64,000 nt of DNA from an uncultured Gemmatimonadaceae bacterium (GCA_963843845.1 CAWJMB010000002.1:2688001-2752000); one strand, 5' to 3'; counted from the stretch's first letter, positions 1 through 13,613 are shown. Translations and numbers: made by a program. The notes: generated from the sequence alone by a model not told the origin.

Positions 1-1545
1 GAGCAGGTCCGCAGCCCGACGACGATTACCCCCCGTCTCGCGTAACGCCGCTTCGATCGCGGCCCGCTCGATGGCGGCCATGGTCATGCCGGGGACGATC
101 GTCACGACGTTCGGTGGGGGAACGGTGTCGCGCGCCGCGAGGGCGCCGACGGGGACGGTCCCTTCCACACGCGGCACGTCGCCGGGCGCGTCGAACAGCG
201 CTGCGGGGGTGCGCTGCGTCCGCTCGTCGTCGAGACGGCGCCGCAGTTCTTCGACCTGCAATTTGAGCTCGAGCAGGCTCCGGACGATGAACTCGAGTTC
301 CCGCCCCTGCGCCCGCTCGCCATCACGTGCGTATCTGCTCGCGGGAACCGGAAGGAGCCGGCCCGCCGCGATTTCGCTCCCCTCCCGCAGGTGCCGGGGA
401 AGGTCTTCGGGTCGGATCTCGCGCCCGGGCGCGAGCACCACCATGCTTTCGATCAGATTCCGGAGCTCGCGAACGTTGCCGGGCCACGGGTAGTCGACGA
501 GCAGCGCCATGGCGTCGCCGGAGATGCCATGAAACGCCCGATCGTGTCGCGCTGAGAACTCCGCGACGAATCGGCGAACGAGGAGGGAGATGTCGGACCG
601 GCGTTCGCGCAGTGGCGGGAGGTAGATCCGTAGCACATCGAGGCGGTAGAACAGGTCCGCGCGGAACGTGCCGTCAACGACTTGCTCGCGCAGCGGACGG
701 TTCGTCGCTGCCACGACCCGTACGTCGATGTCGATCGGCTGATTCCCGCCGAGTCGCGTGACTTCACGCTCCTCGAGCACGCGGAGCAGCTTGACCTGCG
801 TCGACGTCGGGATCTCGCCGATCTCGTCGAGAAAGAGTGACCCGCCGTCGGCGAGCTCGAAACGACCGAGGCGACGTTCGGCGGCGCCGGTGAAGGCACC
901 CTTCTCGTGGCCGAACAGCTCGCTCTCGAGCAGCGTCTCGGGGAGCGCGCCGACGTTCACCGCGATGAACGGCCGCGCGCGGCGGGGGCTGAGCTGATGG
1001 ATCGCTCGCGCGACGAGCTCCTTCCCCGTCCCACTCTCTCCTTCGATCAATACAGTACTGGATACCGGAGCAATCTGTTCTACTTTGACAATAACTTCAT
1101 GGATCGCGGCGCTCTCGCCGATGAGCCCGGTGACGAGCTGCATCCGCCGGCGCTCGACGAGCCGTCGCATGCCGTCGGCCACCTCACTCGGCACGACCGG
1201 CTTGGAGTAGAGCTCGGCGAAGCCGGCGTCGTGCAGTCGCTGTGTCGTCTGCGGATCGGCGACGTCGACGAGACCGACGACGGAGACGCCGTCCCAGAGC
1301 AGATCGCGGACGATCGCGACGTTGTGCTCGTCGAGCAGTGCGCCGGTGAGCAGGACGACGTCAGGCCGCGCCCGGCGGAGGGTCGCTCGCAGGTCGTCGA
1401 CCGGCGACACGAGCTCGGTCGCGACGCCGGAGCTCTCGAGCAGCGCATTCACGCGCACCGCCGGCTCGACGTCGGCGAGCGTGATGACGGCCCGCATCGG
1501 ACGCTCGGCGTCACGCGCGACGGCGCGCGGCGTCGGCGCGCTCAT
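1..1545 (-). CDS. Sigma-54-dependent transcriptional regulator (receiver-like N-terminus, AAA+, HTH); 3' end runs off the window
   Basis: Manual translation: GESGTGKE Walker [29 protein letters not shown], start of HTH ([10 protein letters not shown]). ATG 1545 overlaps the upstream stop (ATGA). Confidence 0.9.
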   Translation of the reverse strand, partial: MSAPTPRAVARDAERPMRAVITLADVEPAVRVNALLESSGVATELVSPVDDLRATLRRARPDVVLLTGALLDEHNVAIVRDLLWDGVSVVGLVDVADPQTTQRLHDAGFAELYSKPVVPSEVADGMRRLVERRRMQLVTGLIGESAAIHEVIVKVEQIAPVSSTVLIEGESGTGKELVARAIHQLSPRRARPFIAVNVGALPETLLESELFGHEKGAFTGAAERRLGRFELADGGSLFLDEIGEIPTSTQVKLLRVLEEREVTRLGGNQPIDIDVRVVAATNRPLREQVVDGTFRADLFYRLDVLRIYLPPLRERRSDISLLVRRFVAEFSARHDRAFHGISGDAMALLVDYPWPGNVRELRNLIESMVVLAPGREIRPEDLPRHLREGSEIAAGRLLPVPASRYARDGERAQGRELEFIVRSLLELKLQVEELRRRLDDERTQRTPAALFDAPGDVPRVEGTVPVGALAARDTVPPPNVVTIVPGMTMAAIERAAIEAALRETGGNRRRAADLL

Positions 1546-2087
1546 GAGCGCTCGCCCTCACGGGCGACGCGGGACGTTCCGTCGCCGCGGCCGGCGTGCG
1601 CTTCGCCCGTATGCTCCGTGACGGCGCCACGCAGCACGTCGCACGCGTGACGCGCGATCGGGTCGAGCGCGGCGAGTCCGTCGCGAACGCCGCTCGGCGA
1701 CCCGGGGAGATTGACGACGAGCGTGCGCCCGCGGGTGCCGGCGAGCCCGCGAGAGAGTGCGGCGAGCGGAAACGTCGCGCCGCCGACGGCGCGCAGCCGC
1801 TCCGCGATGCCGGGCGCCTCGCGCTCGATCACGACGCGCGTCGCTTCGGGCGTCACGTCACGAGGCGACAGGCCGGTGCCGCCGGTCGTCAGCACGAGGT
1901 CGGCGACGTCGTCGTCGCACCACGTCGTGAGTGTGCGAACGATCACCGCGACGTCGTCCGCGACGAGCGCACGCGCGCTGCACTCGTCGCCGTTCGCGCT
2001 CGACCACGCCGCAATGGCGTCTCCCGACGCGTCGTGGCGCTCACCGCGCGCGCCGGCGTCGGAGATCGTGAGGATGGCGATGCGCAC
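1542..2087 (-). CDS. MogA/MoaB family molybdenum cofactor biosynthesis protein
   Basis: VRIAILTISD...DLVLTTGGTGLSPRDVTPEAT...NLPGSP; GTG 2087 with GGGAGG RBS upstream. Confidence 0.9.
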   Translation of the reverse strand: MRIAILTISDAGARGERHDASGDAIAAWSSANGDECSARALVADDVAVIVRTLTTWCDDDVADLVLTTGGTGLSPRDVTPEATRVVIEREAPGIAERLRAVGGATFPLAALSRGLAGTRGRTLVVNLPGSPSGVRDGLAALDPIARHACDVLRGAVTEHTGEAHAGRGDGTSRVAREGERS

Positions 2088-2113
2088 CCTGCCGTGCCTC
2101 CCGCGACGGGTGC

Positions 2114-3226
<1,113 letters not shown>

Positions 3227-3323
3227 CGGTCAGCTCTCCAGGGGTGTGGAAGGAGGCGGAATATGCCGAGGCGACGAGGGGGCTGGAAGTGCTCCAGCCC
3301 CCTCGACACTGCGCGCGCGCGCG

Positions 3324-3924
3324 CTACTTCGGTTCGTTCGCCGGCGCGCGATCGATCTCGCCCTGATCCAGCGAGCGCATGTCCGAGACCTTCGGCTGCG
3401 ACCCGGTGACGACGCCTTTCGCGACCTCGAACAGCACGAGCGGCATCGGCTTGCTCTGCTTCGAGTAGACGACCGACGTGCGCCTCGATGAGCACGAGCG
3501 CGATGCGCGGATCGTCCGGTCCACCGTCGCGTTCGCCGCCCTCGTCGCCGAGCCAGGCACGCCAGTCCGGCTGGTAGAGATCGTGGATGAGGCTCTTGTC
3601 CTGCGACAGCACGGCGGTGCCGCTCACCGACACCCACTCGCGCGTGCGGTCCTTGTAGAACGCGAGATTGACGCTCGGGTCGGTCGCCAGCTCTTCGAGC
3701 TTGTGCGACGCGACATTCGTCATGAACCACATGTCGGTGCCGCGCGTTCGCCGCTGCACCTGCATCGGCCGCGACACCAGCTGGCCGTCGGCGCGCCGCG
3801 TCGTGAACATGGCGACCTCGATGCCGTCGATGAGCGCGTAGAGGTCGTCGAGCTTCTTCTCGAGTGGGACTTCGTTGTCCCAGTTCTTGTCGGCGGTTCG
3901 GTCTCGCTTCGCTTCGTCGGCCAT
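3324..3924 (-). CDS. Pyridoxamine 5'-phosphate oxidase-like / general stress protein 26 family (frameshift near 3478)
   Basis: IEVAMFTTRRADGQLVSRPMQ...WFMT...WVSVSG...DPRIALV, continuing in another frame as SVVYSKQSKP. Confidence 0.8.
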
Positions 3925-3994
3925 GCCCCCACCTCCCGATCGGTCGTGCCGCGCGGCCCGCTGTGGCCGGCGGTCGACTCCCCAGCAAGCACGT

Positions 3995-4459
3995 TCAGTG
4001 CCGGTCGAGCGCCGCGAGCACCTCGGCGGCGTGTCCTTTCGCGGAGACCTTCTCGAAGACGTGTGCCACGCGCCCCGCGACGTCGAGGACATACGTCGTG
4101 CGGACGACGCCCATGTAGCGGCATCCGAACAGCCGCTTCTCCTGCCACACGCCGTACGCCTCGGCGACCGCGTGCTCGGTGTCGGAGAGGAGCGTGAAGG
4201 GGAGCGCGAACTTGCGTCTGAACTTCGCGTGCGACGCCACACCGTCCGGGCTGACGCCGAGGACGACGGCGGATCGAGTGGTGAAGCGCGGGAACGCGTC
4301 GCGGAACTCGCACGACTCGGTCGTGCAGGTCGGGGTGTCGTCTTTCGGATAGAAGTAGAGCACGACGGGCCGGCCACGGAGCGCGCTCAGCGTGAGCGGC
4401 TCACCACCGTCGGTGAGCAGCGTGAAGTCGGGCGCGAGCGTACCGGTGGCGAGTGGCAT
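3995..4459 (-). CDS. bcp: Peroxiredoxin BCP/PrxQ
   Basis: VVLYFYPKDDTPTCTTESCEFRD, LGVSPD, VVRTTYV. Confidence 0.93.
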   Translation of the reverse strand: MPLATGTLAPDFTLLTDGGEPLTLSALRGRPVVLYFYPKDDTPTCTTESCEFRDAFPRFTTRSAVVLGVSPDGVASHAKFRRKFALPFTLLSDTEHAVAEAYGVWQEKRLFGCRYMGVVRTTYVLDVAGRVAHVFEKVSAKGHAAEVLAALDRH

Positions 4460-4466
4460 GGCGAGG

Positions 4467-5397
<931 letters not shown>

Positions 5398-5566
5398 ATG
5401 CGGGTCGCGAACGGGCCGGATGGGCGGCGCGGGAAAGGGGCGCAATCTAGGGAGGGTGCAAACGCTTCGCCGGGGATCGGTTGTCAGACAGGTGCCAGCG
5501 TGGCGACCGTCACGCCTGGCGTGCTGCGCGCCATGCCGCGCGCGAGACTTCGTCCGGGGGTTCGTG

Positions 5567-6436
5567 ATGCGCCGTATTCCGTTGCTCGTGGCAGGCATGG
5601 TCGCCGGTGTGCTCCCGCTCACAGCGGTCGCACAGAGCGGCTCACGGGTCGAGATCCGCACCCGCGGCGATGGCACCGTCATCTGCTCGCGCGACGGCCG
5701 GACGATCGACTGCGCCACAGTGCGCAAGGACAGCGAACGCGCTCGAACGCTGGCCGAGCGCCGCGCGGCCGACGCGCGCGCGCGGGCGGAGGCAGCGCGG
5801 CGCCGGACCGACGAGGCGCGCGACCGACTCCGCGAGCGGATCCGCGACATTCCGCGGCGCCGGGTGCGCGACGACACGCGTCCCCGGATCGGGATCGGCG
5901 GCGGCGCCGACGTGCGTCGCTTCGACTCGGTCGATCGTTATTCGGGGCAGCTCGGCGTCGACTTCCGCGGGCGGTCGGGGATCGGCATCCGCCCGGAGGT
6001 CGTCTACGCGTGGACCGACCGCCAGCGCGCGTCGGCACCGAGCGTGAGCTGCGAGACGTGCCTCGCGCTGTTCGCGCCGTACGAGTACCGCTCGCGGAGC
6101 AAGCTGCTGGGCGCGAACCTGAACGCGACGTACGCGTTCCTGCGTGGCTCGCCGATCCGGCCGTATGCGCTGGGCGGCATCGGGGTGCTCGTGACGCAGG
6201 AGGTCGCTCCGGTCCTCACCTCCAGTGCGCCGCTGTCCGGGCTGCCGGGGACGGCGTTCACGTATCGCACCGAGGGGCGCAACCGGACGGACATCGGGCT
6301 GAACGCCGGCGCCGGCCTGGAGTTCGGGCGCGGGCCGGTGCGGCTGTTCACCGAGATGCGGTACTACCTGCTCGACCGCGCGTCGACGCGCGGGTTCTCG
6401 GGGATGCTGCCGATCACGGCGGGGCTGCGGTTCTGA
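5567..6436 (+). CDS. Secreted outer-membrane beta-barrel protein with charged N-terminal extension
   Basis: Signal peptide ending AVA-Q; amphipathic strands ([27 protein letters not shown]); C-terminal Phe (AGLRF). Confidence 0.7.
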   Translation: MRRIPLLVAGMVAGVLPLTAVAQSGSRVEIRTRGDGTVICSRDGRTIDCATVRKDSERARTLAERRAADARARAEAARRRTDEARDRLRERIRDIPRRRVRDDTRPRIGIGGGADVRRFDSVDRYSGQLGVDFRGRSGIGIRPEVVYAWTDRQRASAPSVSCETCLALFAPYEYRSRSKLLGANLNATYAFLRGSPIRPYALGGIGVLVTQEVAPVLTSSAPLSGLPGTAFTYRTEGRNRTDIGLNAGAGLEFGRGPVRLFTEMRYYLLDRASTRGFSGMLPITAGLRF

Positions 6437-6448
6437 CTCGCCGCGCCG

Positions 6449-7889
6449 TCAGAGGATGTACTTCCGCAGGTCCTCGTCTTCCGAGATCTCCTTGAGTCGG
6501 TCGCGGACCATCGCCGCGTCCACGACGATCTCGGCGCGGCCGCGGTCGGGAAGCTCGTAGAGGACGTCTTCGAGCAGGGTCGTCATGACGGTGTGCAGGC
6601 GGCGGGCACCGATGTTCTCCATGCGCTCGTTGACGCGGGCGGCGGTGCGCGCGATCTCCTGCACGCCGCCCTCCTCGAAGCGGAGCGACGCGCCGTCGGC
6701 GGCGACGAGCGCGGCGTACTGTTTCGTGAGCGCGTTCTCCGGCTCGGTCATGATCCGGATGAAGTCGTCTTCCGTGAGCGGCTTCAGCTCGACGCGGATC
6801 GGGAAGCGTCCCTGGAGCTCGGGAATCAGGTCGCTCGGCTTCGCGACGTGGAACGCCCCGGCGGCGACGAACAGGATGTGGTCGGTCTTCACGAGCCCGT
6901 AGCGGGTCGGGACGTTCGAGCCCTCGACGATCGGCAGCAGGTCGCGCTGCACGCCTTCGCGCGAGATGTCGGGGCCGCCCAGGTGGTCGCCGCGCCGGCT
7001 CGCGATCTTGTCGATCTCGTCGAGGAAGACGATGCCTAACGATTCGACGCGGTCGAGGGCGTCGGTCGTCACGTCGTCGGCGTCGACGAGCTTCTCGAGC
7101 TCCTCGTCGAGCAGGATGCGGCGCGCCTCGGGGACTTTGACGCGGCGCGTCTTCTTGCGCTTCGGCATCATCTCGCGGAACCACTCGGAGAACGCGTCGG
7201 CACCGTCGGGCGCGCCGGGACTCGCGGCGACGTCGAACGACGGAGCGCGCTGCTCGACTTCGACGTCGACCTCGCGCTCGTCGAGTCCGCCGTCGAGGAG
7301 GAGCTGCTTGAGCTTCTCGCGCGTGCGTCGGAGGCGCTCGCGCTCGGATTCGGCCTCGTCGGTCTCGTCGGTCTCGCTCGGTGGCTCGCTCGGGGGCTCG
7401 GTGGGCGCATGGCCGAGTGGCGCGCTCGGAGCGGCGGACGCGGGCAGGAGCAGGTCGAGCAACCGTTCGTCGACGCGCTCGTTCGCGAGGTCTTCGAGCT
7501 CGCCCTCGCGCTCCGTGCGCACCATGTCGATCGCGCTCTCGACGAGGTCGCGGACCATCGACTCGACGTCGCGACCGACGTAGCCGACTTCGGTGAACTT
7601 CGACGCCTCGACCTTGATGAACGGCGCGCCCGGAGAGCTTCGCGAGGCGGCGAGCGATCTCGGTCTTGCCGCTCCCGGTCGGGCCGATGAGGACGATGTT
7701 GTTCGACGAGATCTCGTCGCGCAGCGCCTCAGGCGCGCGCTGGCGGCGCCAGCGGTTCCGGAGCGCGATCGCGACGGCCTTCTTCGCCTCCTCCTGTCCG
7801 ACGATGTAGCGATCGAGCTCGGCGACGATCAGTCGCGGCGTGAGGTCGGCGAGGCGGGCGAGCGCCTGCTGCGTGCGCTGGGACGGCAT
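6449..7889 (-). CDS. hslU: ATP-dependent protease ATPase subunit HslU (frameshift near 7630)
   Basis: [73 protein letters not shown]. Confidence 0.97.
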
Positions 7890-7930
7890 GTCTGAACGGG
7901 TCTCGTCTGGTCGTGCGAGCTGCCTAACGA

Positions 7931-8476
7931 TTACGCCGTCGGCTCGAGAACGGTGATGTTCGTGTTCGTGAACACGCAGATCTCGCCGGCGATCTCGAGC
8001 GAGCGGCGCACGACGTCGCGTGGCGCGAGGTCGGTGTTCGCGGCGAGGGCGCGTGCGGCCGCGAGCGCGTACGCTCCGCCGGACCCGATCGCGAGGATGC
8101 CGTCGTCCGGCTCGATCAGCTCGCCGTCGCCGGAGATCACGAAGCCATGCTCGCGATCGGCGACGGCGAGCAGCGCCTCGAGCCGGCGCAGCACGCGATC
8201 GCTGCGCCAGTCCTTCGCGAGCTCCACCGCCGCGCGCGGCACGTTGCCCGGGTAGCGCTCGAGCTTCTCCTCGAACTTCTCGAACAGCGTGAGGGCGTCG
8301 GCGGCGGAGCCGGCGAACCCCGCGAGCAGGCGTCCGCCGCGCAGGAGCCGCACCTTCTGCGCGTTCGACTTCATCACCGTGTCACCGACCGTGACCTGAC
8401 CGTCGCCGCCTAACGCGACCGCGTCGCCGCGGCGAACGGCGAGGATGGTCGTGGCGCGCATGCGAGGAAGAGGCAT
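7931..8476 (-). CDS. hslV: ATP-dependent protease subunit HslV
   Basis: [34 protein letters not shown]. Confidence 0.97.
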   Translation of the reverse strand: MPLPRMRATTILAVRRGDAVALGGDGQVTVGDTVMKSNAQKVRLLRGGRLLAGFAGSAADALTLFEKFEEKLERYPGNVPRAAVELAKDWRSDRVLRRLEALLAVADREHGFVISGDGELIEPDDGILAIGSGGAYALAAARALAANTDLAPRDVVRRSLEIAGEICVFTNTNITVLEPTA

Positions 8477-8521
8477 GAGACAAAGCTAGCGCAGGAGGCA
8501 CGGCGCCGAGCGCCGCCCCCG

Positions 8522-8906
8522 CTACGGACTCTTCGGCTCGCGGCGCTCGGCCGTGGGCGCGCGGCTCTGCTCGGCGGATCGCCCGCGGCGCGCGGCACCG
8601 CGGAACGTCAAGACCTCCCGCAGGTAGGTGCGGTTACGCCACGCGCCGATACGCGAAGCAGGCGACGCCGAGCAGCACGGCGACGTTGCTCCACGCCCAC
8701 CGGTCGCGCCCCGCGAGCGCGGCGCCGAGGGCGATCCAGCCGGCGCCGATCCACCCCTCGCCCTGTCGATCGCGTTCGGCGCGCGCGCGGCGGCGACGTT
8801 CCTCGACGCGCGGCGCAGAGTCGGCGAGACGCGCGTCGGCGATCAGCGCGGCGCCGACGAGGGCCACGAGAGCACCGAGGATGAGTGGAAGGATCTCGAG
8901 TCGCAC
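8522..8906 (-). CDS. Small membrane protein (probable frameshift near 8651)
   Basis: Hydrophobic segments in ORF 8634-8906; removing one base near 8651 gives a natural-looking tail (AIGAWRNRTYLREVLTFRGAARR) ending at TAG 8522-8524. Confidence 0.55.
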
Positions 8907-8960
8907 GGCGCCGCGGAGTGCAAGAATCGGGGCGCCGAGCGACTCGGCGAACGCCGGACA

Positions 8961-10627
8961 CTACTCGCGGCGCGCCGCGACGATCGAGGGGGCCCGCCAG
9001 TACGCGGCGTCGCTCAGGTTCCACACGTTGTCGGCGGCACGCACCGCGACGGCGTCGACGCGCGCCGCGCTGCCCTGCCCCGCCGCGCCGACGGTCACCG
9101 TCAGCGAATCGGCGGTCGCGAGGATCGGCCCCGCCCACGTGCCGGCGACGCGCGGCTGCACGACCCACCAGCGGGCGGCCTCACCGGCCCCGGGGGTGAT
9201 CCGGACCTGCCACACGCGGGTCGTCGACGTGCCCGTGCCCTCGACGACGACGACGGTCGGGGCGTTCGGCGGCGCGGCGTCGAGCCACGGCGTCGCCGGC
9301 GGGACGGCGGGAGTCGTGTAGACGCTCGCGGTGAGCGCGCGCGACACTTCGCTGCCGCGCGCGAACAGCGACGTCGTGTTGTACATGATGTTTCCCGTCG
9401 CGCCGGCGGCGCGCGTCGCCGTGACCTGGTTCGGGATCTCGGACGCGCCGAACGCGCTCGACGTCCCGTCGCTCACGCGATACGACGCGTTGCCCGGCCA
9501 GAGGTGCCGGCGCGCCGTGTTCTGCAGCCCCCACCACGTGAGGAGCGACGTGTAGTTCTGCCGCGGTCGAGGCGAGCGACCAGTAGAGCTGCGGCGCGAA
9601 GTAGTCGACCCAGCCGCTGTTCAGCCACAGCTTCGAGTCGGCGTAGATCTCGGTGTACGCGTCGAGACCGGTGATGCCGGCGGGGTTGCCGGGGCGCCAG
9701 ATCCCGAACGGGCTGATGCCGACGCGCACCCACGGCTTCACGCCGTGCACCTCGCGGTACAACCGCTCGACGAAGCGATTCACGTTGTCGCGGCGCCAGT
9801 CGGCACGCGCGAGTCGGCGCGGGTTGTACGCCGCGTACGTCGCGCTGTCGGGGAAGTCGATGATCGCGCCGGCGGCGTTGCGCTCGAGGTACGGGTAGAA
9901 GTAGTCGTCGAGGTGCACCGCGTCGATGTCGTAGCGGCGCACGACGTCGAGAATGACCTGCATCGCCCGATCCTGCACGGCGGGGTCGCCCGGATCCATC
10001 CACAGCTGCGTGCCGTAGAGCCGCGTGAGATCGCGCCGCTCGTTCCAGACGTGCGTGGCGGCGAATCGCGAGGTGTCGCCGACGTTGCCCGCGCGGTACG
10101 GGTTGAACCACGCGTGCAGCTCGAGTCCGCGCGCGTGCGCCTCAGCGCACCGCGAAGGCGAGCGGGTCGTATCCGGGGTCACGCCCCTGCGTCCCGGTCA
10201 GGTACCGCGACCAGGGCTCGTAGGGCGACGCGTAGAGGGCGTCGGCGGCGGGGCGGATGTGGAAGACGACCGCGTTCAGGTTCGTCGCCACGTAGCCGTT
10301 CAGCAGCGTGCGCAGCTCGCCCTGCTGCTGGTCGGCGGTCAGCGTCGTGCGCGACGGCCAGTCGATGTTGGCGACCGTCGCGATCCAGCCGCCACGGAAC
10401 TCGCGCCGCGGCGTGGGCGCCGTGTCGGCCGCGGACGGCACCGCCGGCGGCGTCGGGGTGGTCGGGGTCGTGGGGACGGTCGGCGTCGCCGGGTTGGCGG
10501 GCGCGGGCGACGTCGGGTCGCTGCTGCACGCCGCGACGAGGAGCAACGCGCTCAGGACGACGGAGGGCGTGCGGCGGGGCGGACGGCCCAGCGTGATCGG
10601 CATCGTGTTGGGCTTGCTGTCAGGCAC
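8961..10627 (-). CDS. GHL10 (DUF187, YddW/DigH-like) glycoside hydrolase lipoprotein (frameshifts near 10147 and 9563)
   Basis: Lipobox LVAAC; REFRGGWIATVANIDWPS, YDPLAFAV, ELHAWFNPYR, YDIDAVHLDDYFYPY, GISPFGIWR, WVDYFAPQLYW; beta-rich C-terminal domain. Confidence 0.88.
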
Positions 10628-11570
10628 GTGGGTGGGCCTTCCGGTAGATCTGTTTCAGCCGCTCGACGCTCGTGTGCGTGTAGATCTGCGTCGTCGAGAC
10701 CGAGGCGTGGCCGAGGAGCTCCTGCACGGCGCGGAGGTCGGCGCCGGCGTCGAGCAGGTGGGTCGCGAACGTGTGCCGCATCGAGTGCGTCGACAGCCCG
10801 CTCTCCTCGTCGATCAATCGCAGCGTCCCGACGACCGCGTTCTGCATGGCGCGGACGCCGAGTCGCCGACCGCGCTCGGAGAGAAAGAATGCGAGCCGAT
10901 CGGCCCGTCCGTTCCCGCTCGCGGCGAGCTGTCGCGCGAGGTCGTCGCGGCGCGCCTCGTAGGTGCGAAGGGCGCGCACCGCGTGGTCGCCGATCGGCAC
11001 GATGCGCTCCTTGCGCCCCTTGCCGCGCACCTTGAGCTGCTGCGTCACGAGGTCGAGGTCCGCGCGGTTCACGCCGTGCACTTCCGAGACGCGCAATCCG
11101 GCCGAGTAGAGCAGCTCGAGCAGGGCGAGGTTCCGGACGTCCACGAACCGGCCCGACGTGGCGCGCGTCTCCGCGACGCGAAAGAGCGCCTCGACCTGCA
11201 CGCGGTCGAGGTAGGCCGGGAGATAGCGGTCCAGCTTGGGCGACCCGACGGCGCGCGCCGGGTTCGCGTCGACGATCTCCTCGCGGCTCAGGAAGCGGAA
11301 GAAGCTGCGGACGGCCGAGAGCGAGCGCGCGCTCGACCGCTTCGCGAGCCCACGTCGTGAGAGGTGGGCGAGAAAGCCGCGGATCGCGAGGCGGTCGACC
11401 GTCTGCCAGCTCCACGTGCGGTTGCCGTAGAAGGTCGCGAGGAACGTGGTGAGGGCGCGCAGATCGCGCTCGTACGCGGTCAGCGTGTTCGGCGAGACGT
11501 CGCGCTCTCTCGCCAGGTGCTCGATGAAGTCGGCGACTTCCGGCGCGAGCGGGGCGTCCGACTCGCTCAC
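10620..11570 (-). CDS. xerC: Tyrosine recombinase XerC
   Basis: SPNTLTAYERDL, RNLALLELLYSAGLRVSE, GKGRKERIVP, HSMRHTFATHLL, VQELLGHASVSTTQIYTH; trmFO-xerC-hslVU context. Confidence 0.93.
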   Translation of the reverse strand: MSESDAPLAPEVADFIEHLARERDVSPNTLTAYERDLRALTTFLATFYGNRTWSWQTVDRLAIRGFLAHLSRRGLAKRSSARSLSAVRSFFRFLSREEIVDANPARAVGSPKLDRYLPAYLDRVQVEALFRVAETRATSGRFVDVRNLALLELLYSAGLRVSEVHGVNRADLDLVTQQLKVRGKGRKERIVPIGDHAVRALRTYEARRDDLARQLAASGNGRADRLAFFLSERGRRLGVRAMQNAVVGTLRLIDEESGLSTHSMRHTFATHLLDAGADLRAVQELLGHASVSTTQIYTHTSVERLKQIYRKAHPRA

Positions 11571-12904
11571 GCGAGCGCCGGCGCGAGGTCGTGCGCGTCG
11601 CGCCATGCGGCGAGGTCGTGCAGCGCGCGCACGGCGATCGCGTCGCGCCGAGCGCGCTTGTCCTTCACCGGCGGCGAGATCTCGTCGACGAGGCCGAAGT
11701 TCGCGTTCATCGGCTGGAAGTGCCGCGGGTCCGCATCGCGCAGGTAGCGGTAGAGCGCGCCGAGCATCGTGGTCGTCGGGGGGAGCAGCGGCTCGTCGCC
11801 TGCGAGGATGCGGTCGAGGTTGATGCCGGCGAGGAGCCCCGTGGCGGTGCTCTCGGTGTACCCCTCGACGCCGGTGAGCTGGCCGGCAACGAGCGTCGCC
11901 GGCGCGTGGCGGAGCGCGAGGTGCGGCGCGAGCGCGGCCGGCGCGTTGACGTACGCGTTGCGATGGATCGAGCCCCAGCGCAGGAACTCGGCGTTCGCGA
12001 GTCCGGGGACCATCCGGAGCACGCGCTGCTGCTCGCCGGTGCGCATGCGCGTCTGGAAGCCGACGAGGTTCCACATGCGGCCGCCGGCGTCCTCCATCCG
12101 GAGCTGCGCGACGGCCCAGGGGCGGCGGCCGGTACGCGGGTCGCGCAGGCCGATCGGCTTCATGGGCCCGAAGCGGAGCGTCTCGCGTCCGCGCTTCGCC
12201 ATCTCCTCGATGGGCATGCACCCTTCGAAGTACGGGATCGGGTCGAACGCCTGCCCCGCGTACTGGTCGGCGGCGATCAGCGCGTCGAGGAACGCCTCGT
12301 ACTCGTCGCGCGTGAACGGGCAGTTGAAGTAGGCGCCTAACGGATCGGCGCTGTCGGACGTCTCCTTGTCCCAGCGCGCGGCGCGGAACGCGACGCTCGT
12401 GTCGATCGAGTCGCCGGCGACGATCGGCGCGATCGCGTCGTAGAACGCGAGCGCGTCGACGCCGAGCGCGCGCTGGAGCGACGCGGCGAGCGCGTCGGAG
12501 GTGAGCGGCCCGGTCGCGACGATCCCGGGGGCCGGCGGCTCGGTCACCTCGCCCGTCTGGACGCGGACGTTGGGGTGCGCGTGGACGCGCGCGTGCACGG
12601 CGCGCGCGAAGGCGTCGCGGTCGACGGCGAGCGCGCTGCCGCCGGGGACGCGCGCCTCGTCGGCGCAGGTCAGGATCATCGAGCCGAGCGCGCGCATCTC
12701 GGCCTTCAGCAGGCCGTGCGCGTTCGAGGTCTCGGTGCTCTTGAACGTGTTCGAGCAGACGAGCTCCGCGAGCCACGCGGTCTTGTGCGCGGGGGTCGTG
12801 CGCGCGGGGCGCATCTCGTGCAGCACGACGCGGTGGCCGCGCTCGGCGAGCTGCCAGGCGGCCTCGCACCCGGCGAGGCCGCCGCCGACGACGTGAATCT
12901 CCAT
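11567..12904 (-). CDS. trmFO: Folate/FAD-dependent tRNA (uracil-5) methyltransferase
   Basis: VVGGGLAGCEAAWQLA, AELVCSN, FYDAIAPIV, YFEGCMPIE, FGPMKPIGL, AGQLTGVEGY, FQPMNANFG. Confidence 0.96.
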   Translation of the reverse strand: MEIHVVGGGLAGCEAAWQLAERGHRVVLHEMRPARTTPAHKTAWLAELVCSNTFKSTETSNAHGLLKAEMRALGSMILTCADEARVPGGSALAVDRDAFARAVHARVHAHPNVRVQTGEVTEPPAPGIVATGPLTSDALAASLQRALGVDALAFYDAIAPIVAGDSIDTSVAFRAARWDKETSDSADPLGAYFNCPFTRDEYEAFLDALIAADQYAGQAFDPIPYFEGCMPIEEMAKRGRETLRFGPMKPIGLRDPRTGRRPWAVAQLRMEDAGGRMWNLVGFQTRMRTGEQQRVLRMVPGLANAEFLRWGSIHRNAYVNAPAALAPHLALRHAPATLVAGQLTGVEGYTESTATGLLAGINLDRILAGDEPLLPPTTTMLGALYRYLRDADPRHFQPMNANFGLVDEISPPVKDKRARRDAIAVRALHDLAAWRDAHDLAPALA

Positions 12905-12930
12905 ACCCGAATCTACTTCCTCGCGCGGAC

Positions 12931-13467
12931 TCACTTCGTCGAGAGTGGCGCGGCGGCCGTCGGCCACGTCGTCGTAGGCACCTTCCAGCGTCCGTCGACC
13001 TTCTTCCACGTCGTGACGTAGTTGCCGCGCGTCCGTGACTCGCTTGCCCGTTCGCGTCGGTCCACGACGACTGCGTAGCGTCCCGTCGCTCGCGGCGAGG
13101 TCGCCGCGACGCGCGACGGTGATGGTCCCGATGTCGAACGTGGACTTGGATCCGTTGCCGGCGCTTCGAGACGGCGCGCTGTAGAGCCGCGGAGACGGCG
13201 CCCGGGCCGCGGCCGGCCGGCGCGTTCGACGGAGTAGGTCGTCACCGTCGTCCGCGAAGAGCGCCCCGATCGGCGGCGCTATCGCGGCGCGCGACGCGCG
13301 TCCTGCCAGCGCTTGTTGATCGCGCGGATCGAGTCCTCGTCGGCCTTCACGTTCGCGGCGGGCGCCGAGACCGCGGCGGCCGCGGTCGACGAGTCGACGG
13401 TCTCGCGCGCGCCCGGCGCGCAGGCCGCGACGAGGGCGAGGGCGAGCAGAGACGGGCGGGTGCGCAT
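12931..13467 (-). CDS. SnoaL/NTF2-like (DUF4440-type) lipoprotein, disrupted by several indels
   Basis: Lipobox LVAAC, DEDSIRAINKRW, ALFADDG, and C-terminal GNYVTTWKKVDGRWKV lie in different frames. Confidence 0.65.
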
Positions 13468-13533
13468 AGCGATCCTCTCGCGTGTCGTGTGCGACGGTGC
13501 GGCGGTGAGCGGCCGAATGTGCCCCGCGACGAA

Positions 13534-13559
13534 ACGGGCCACCATCCCTGGCGGCCCGT
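13534..13559 (-). terminator. Hairpin downstream of topA
   Basis: ACGGGCCACCA-TCCC-TGGCGGCCCGT, 11-bp stem with one imperfect pair, followed by TTC on the minus strand. Confidence 0.5.
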
Positions 13560-13613
13560 CTCACCGTCGGCCTGACAGCCCGGTCCCTCGATCCGCCCGG
13601 GACGACGGTCGCG

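Noticed and set aside
5517..5533. Sigma-54 promoter upstream of the first OMP
   Set aside because: GG-N10-GC spacing only, without GGCAC or TTGC; expected by chance at this GC.
10620..11570. Integrase of a mobile element
   Set aside because: XerC-type sequence in housekeeping trmFO-xerC-hslVU context; no att repeats, cargo or composition shift.
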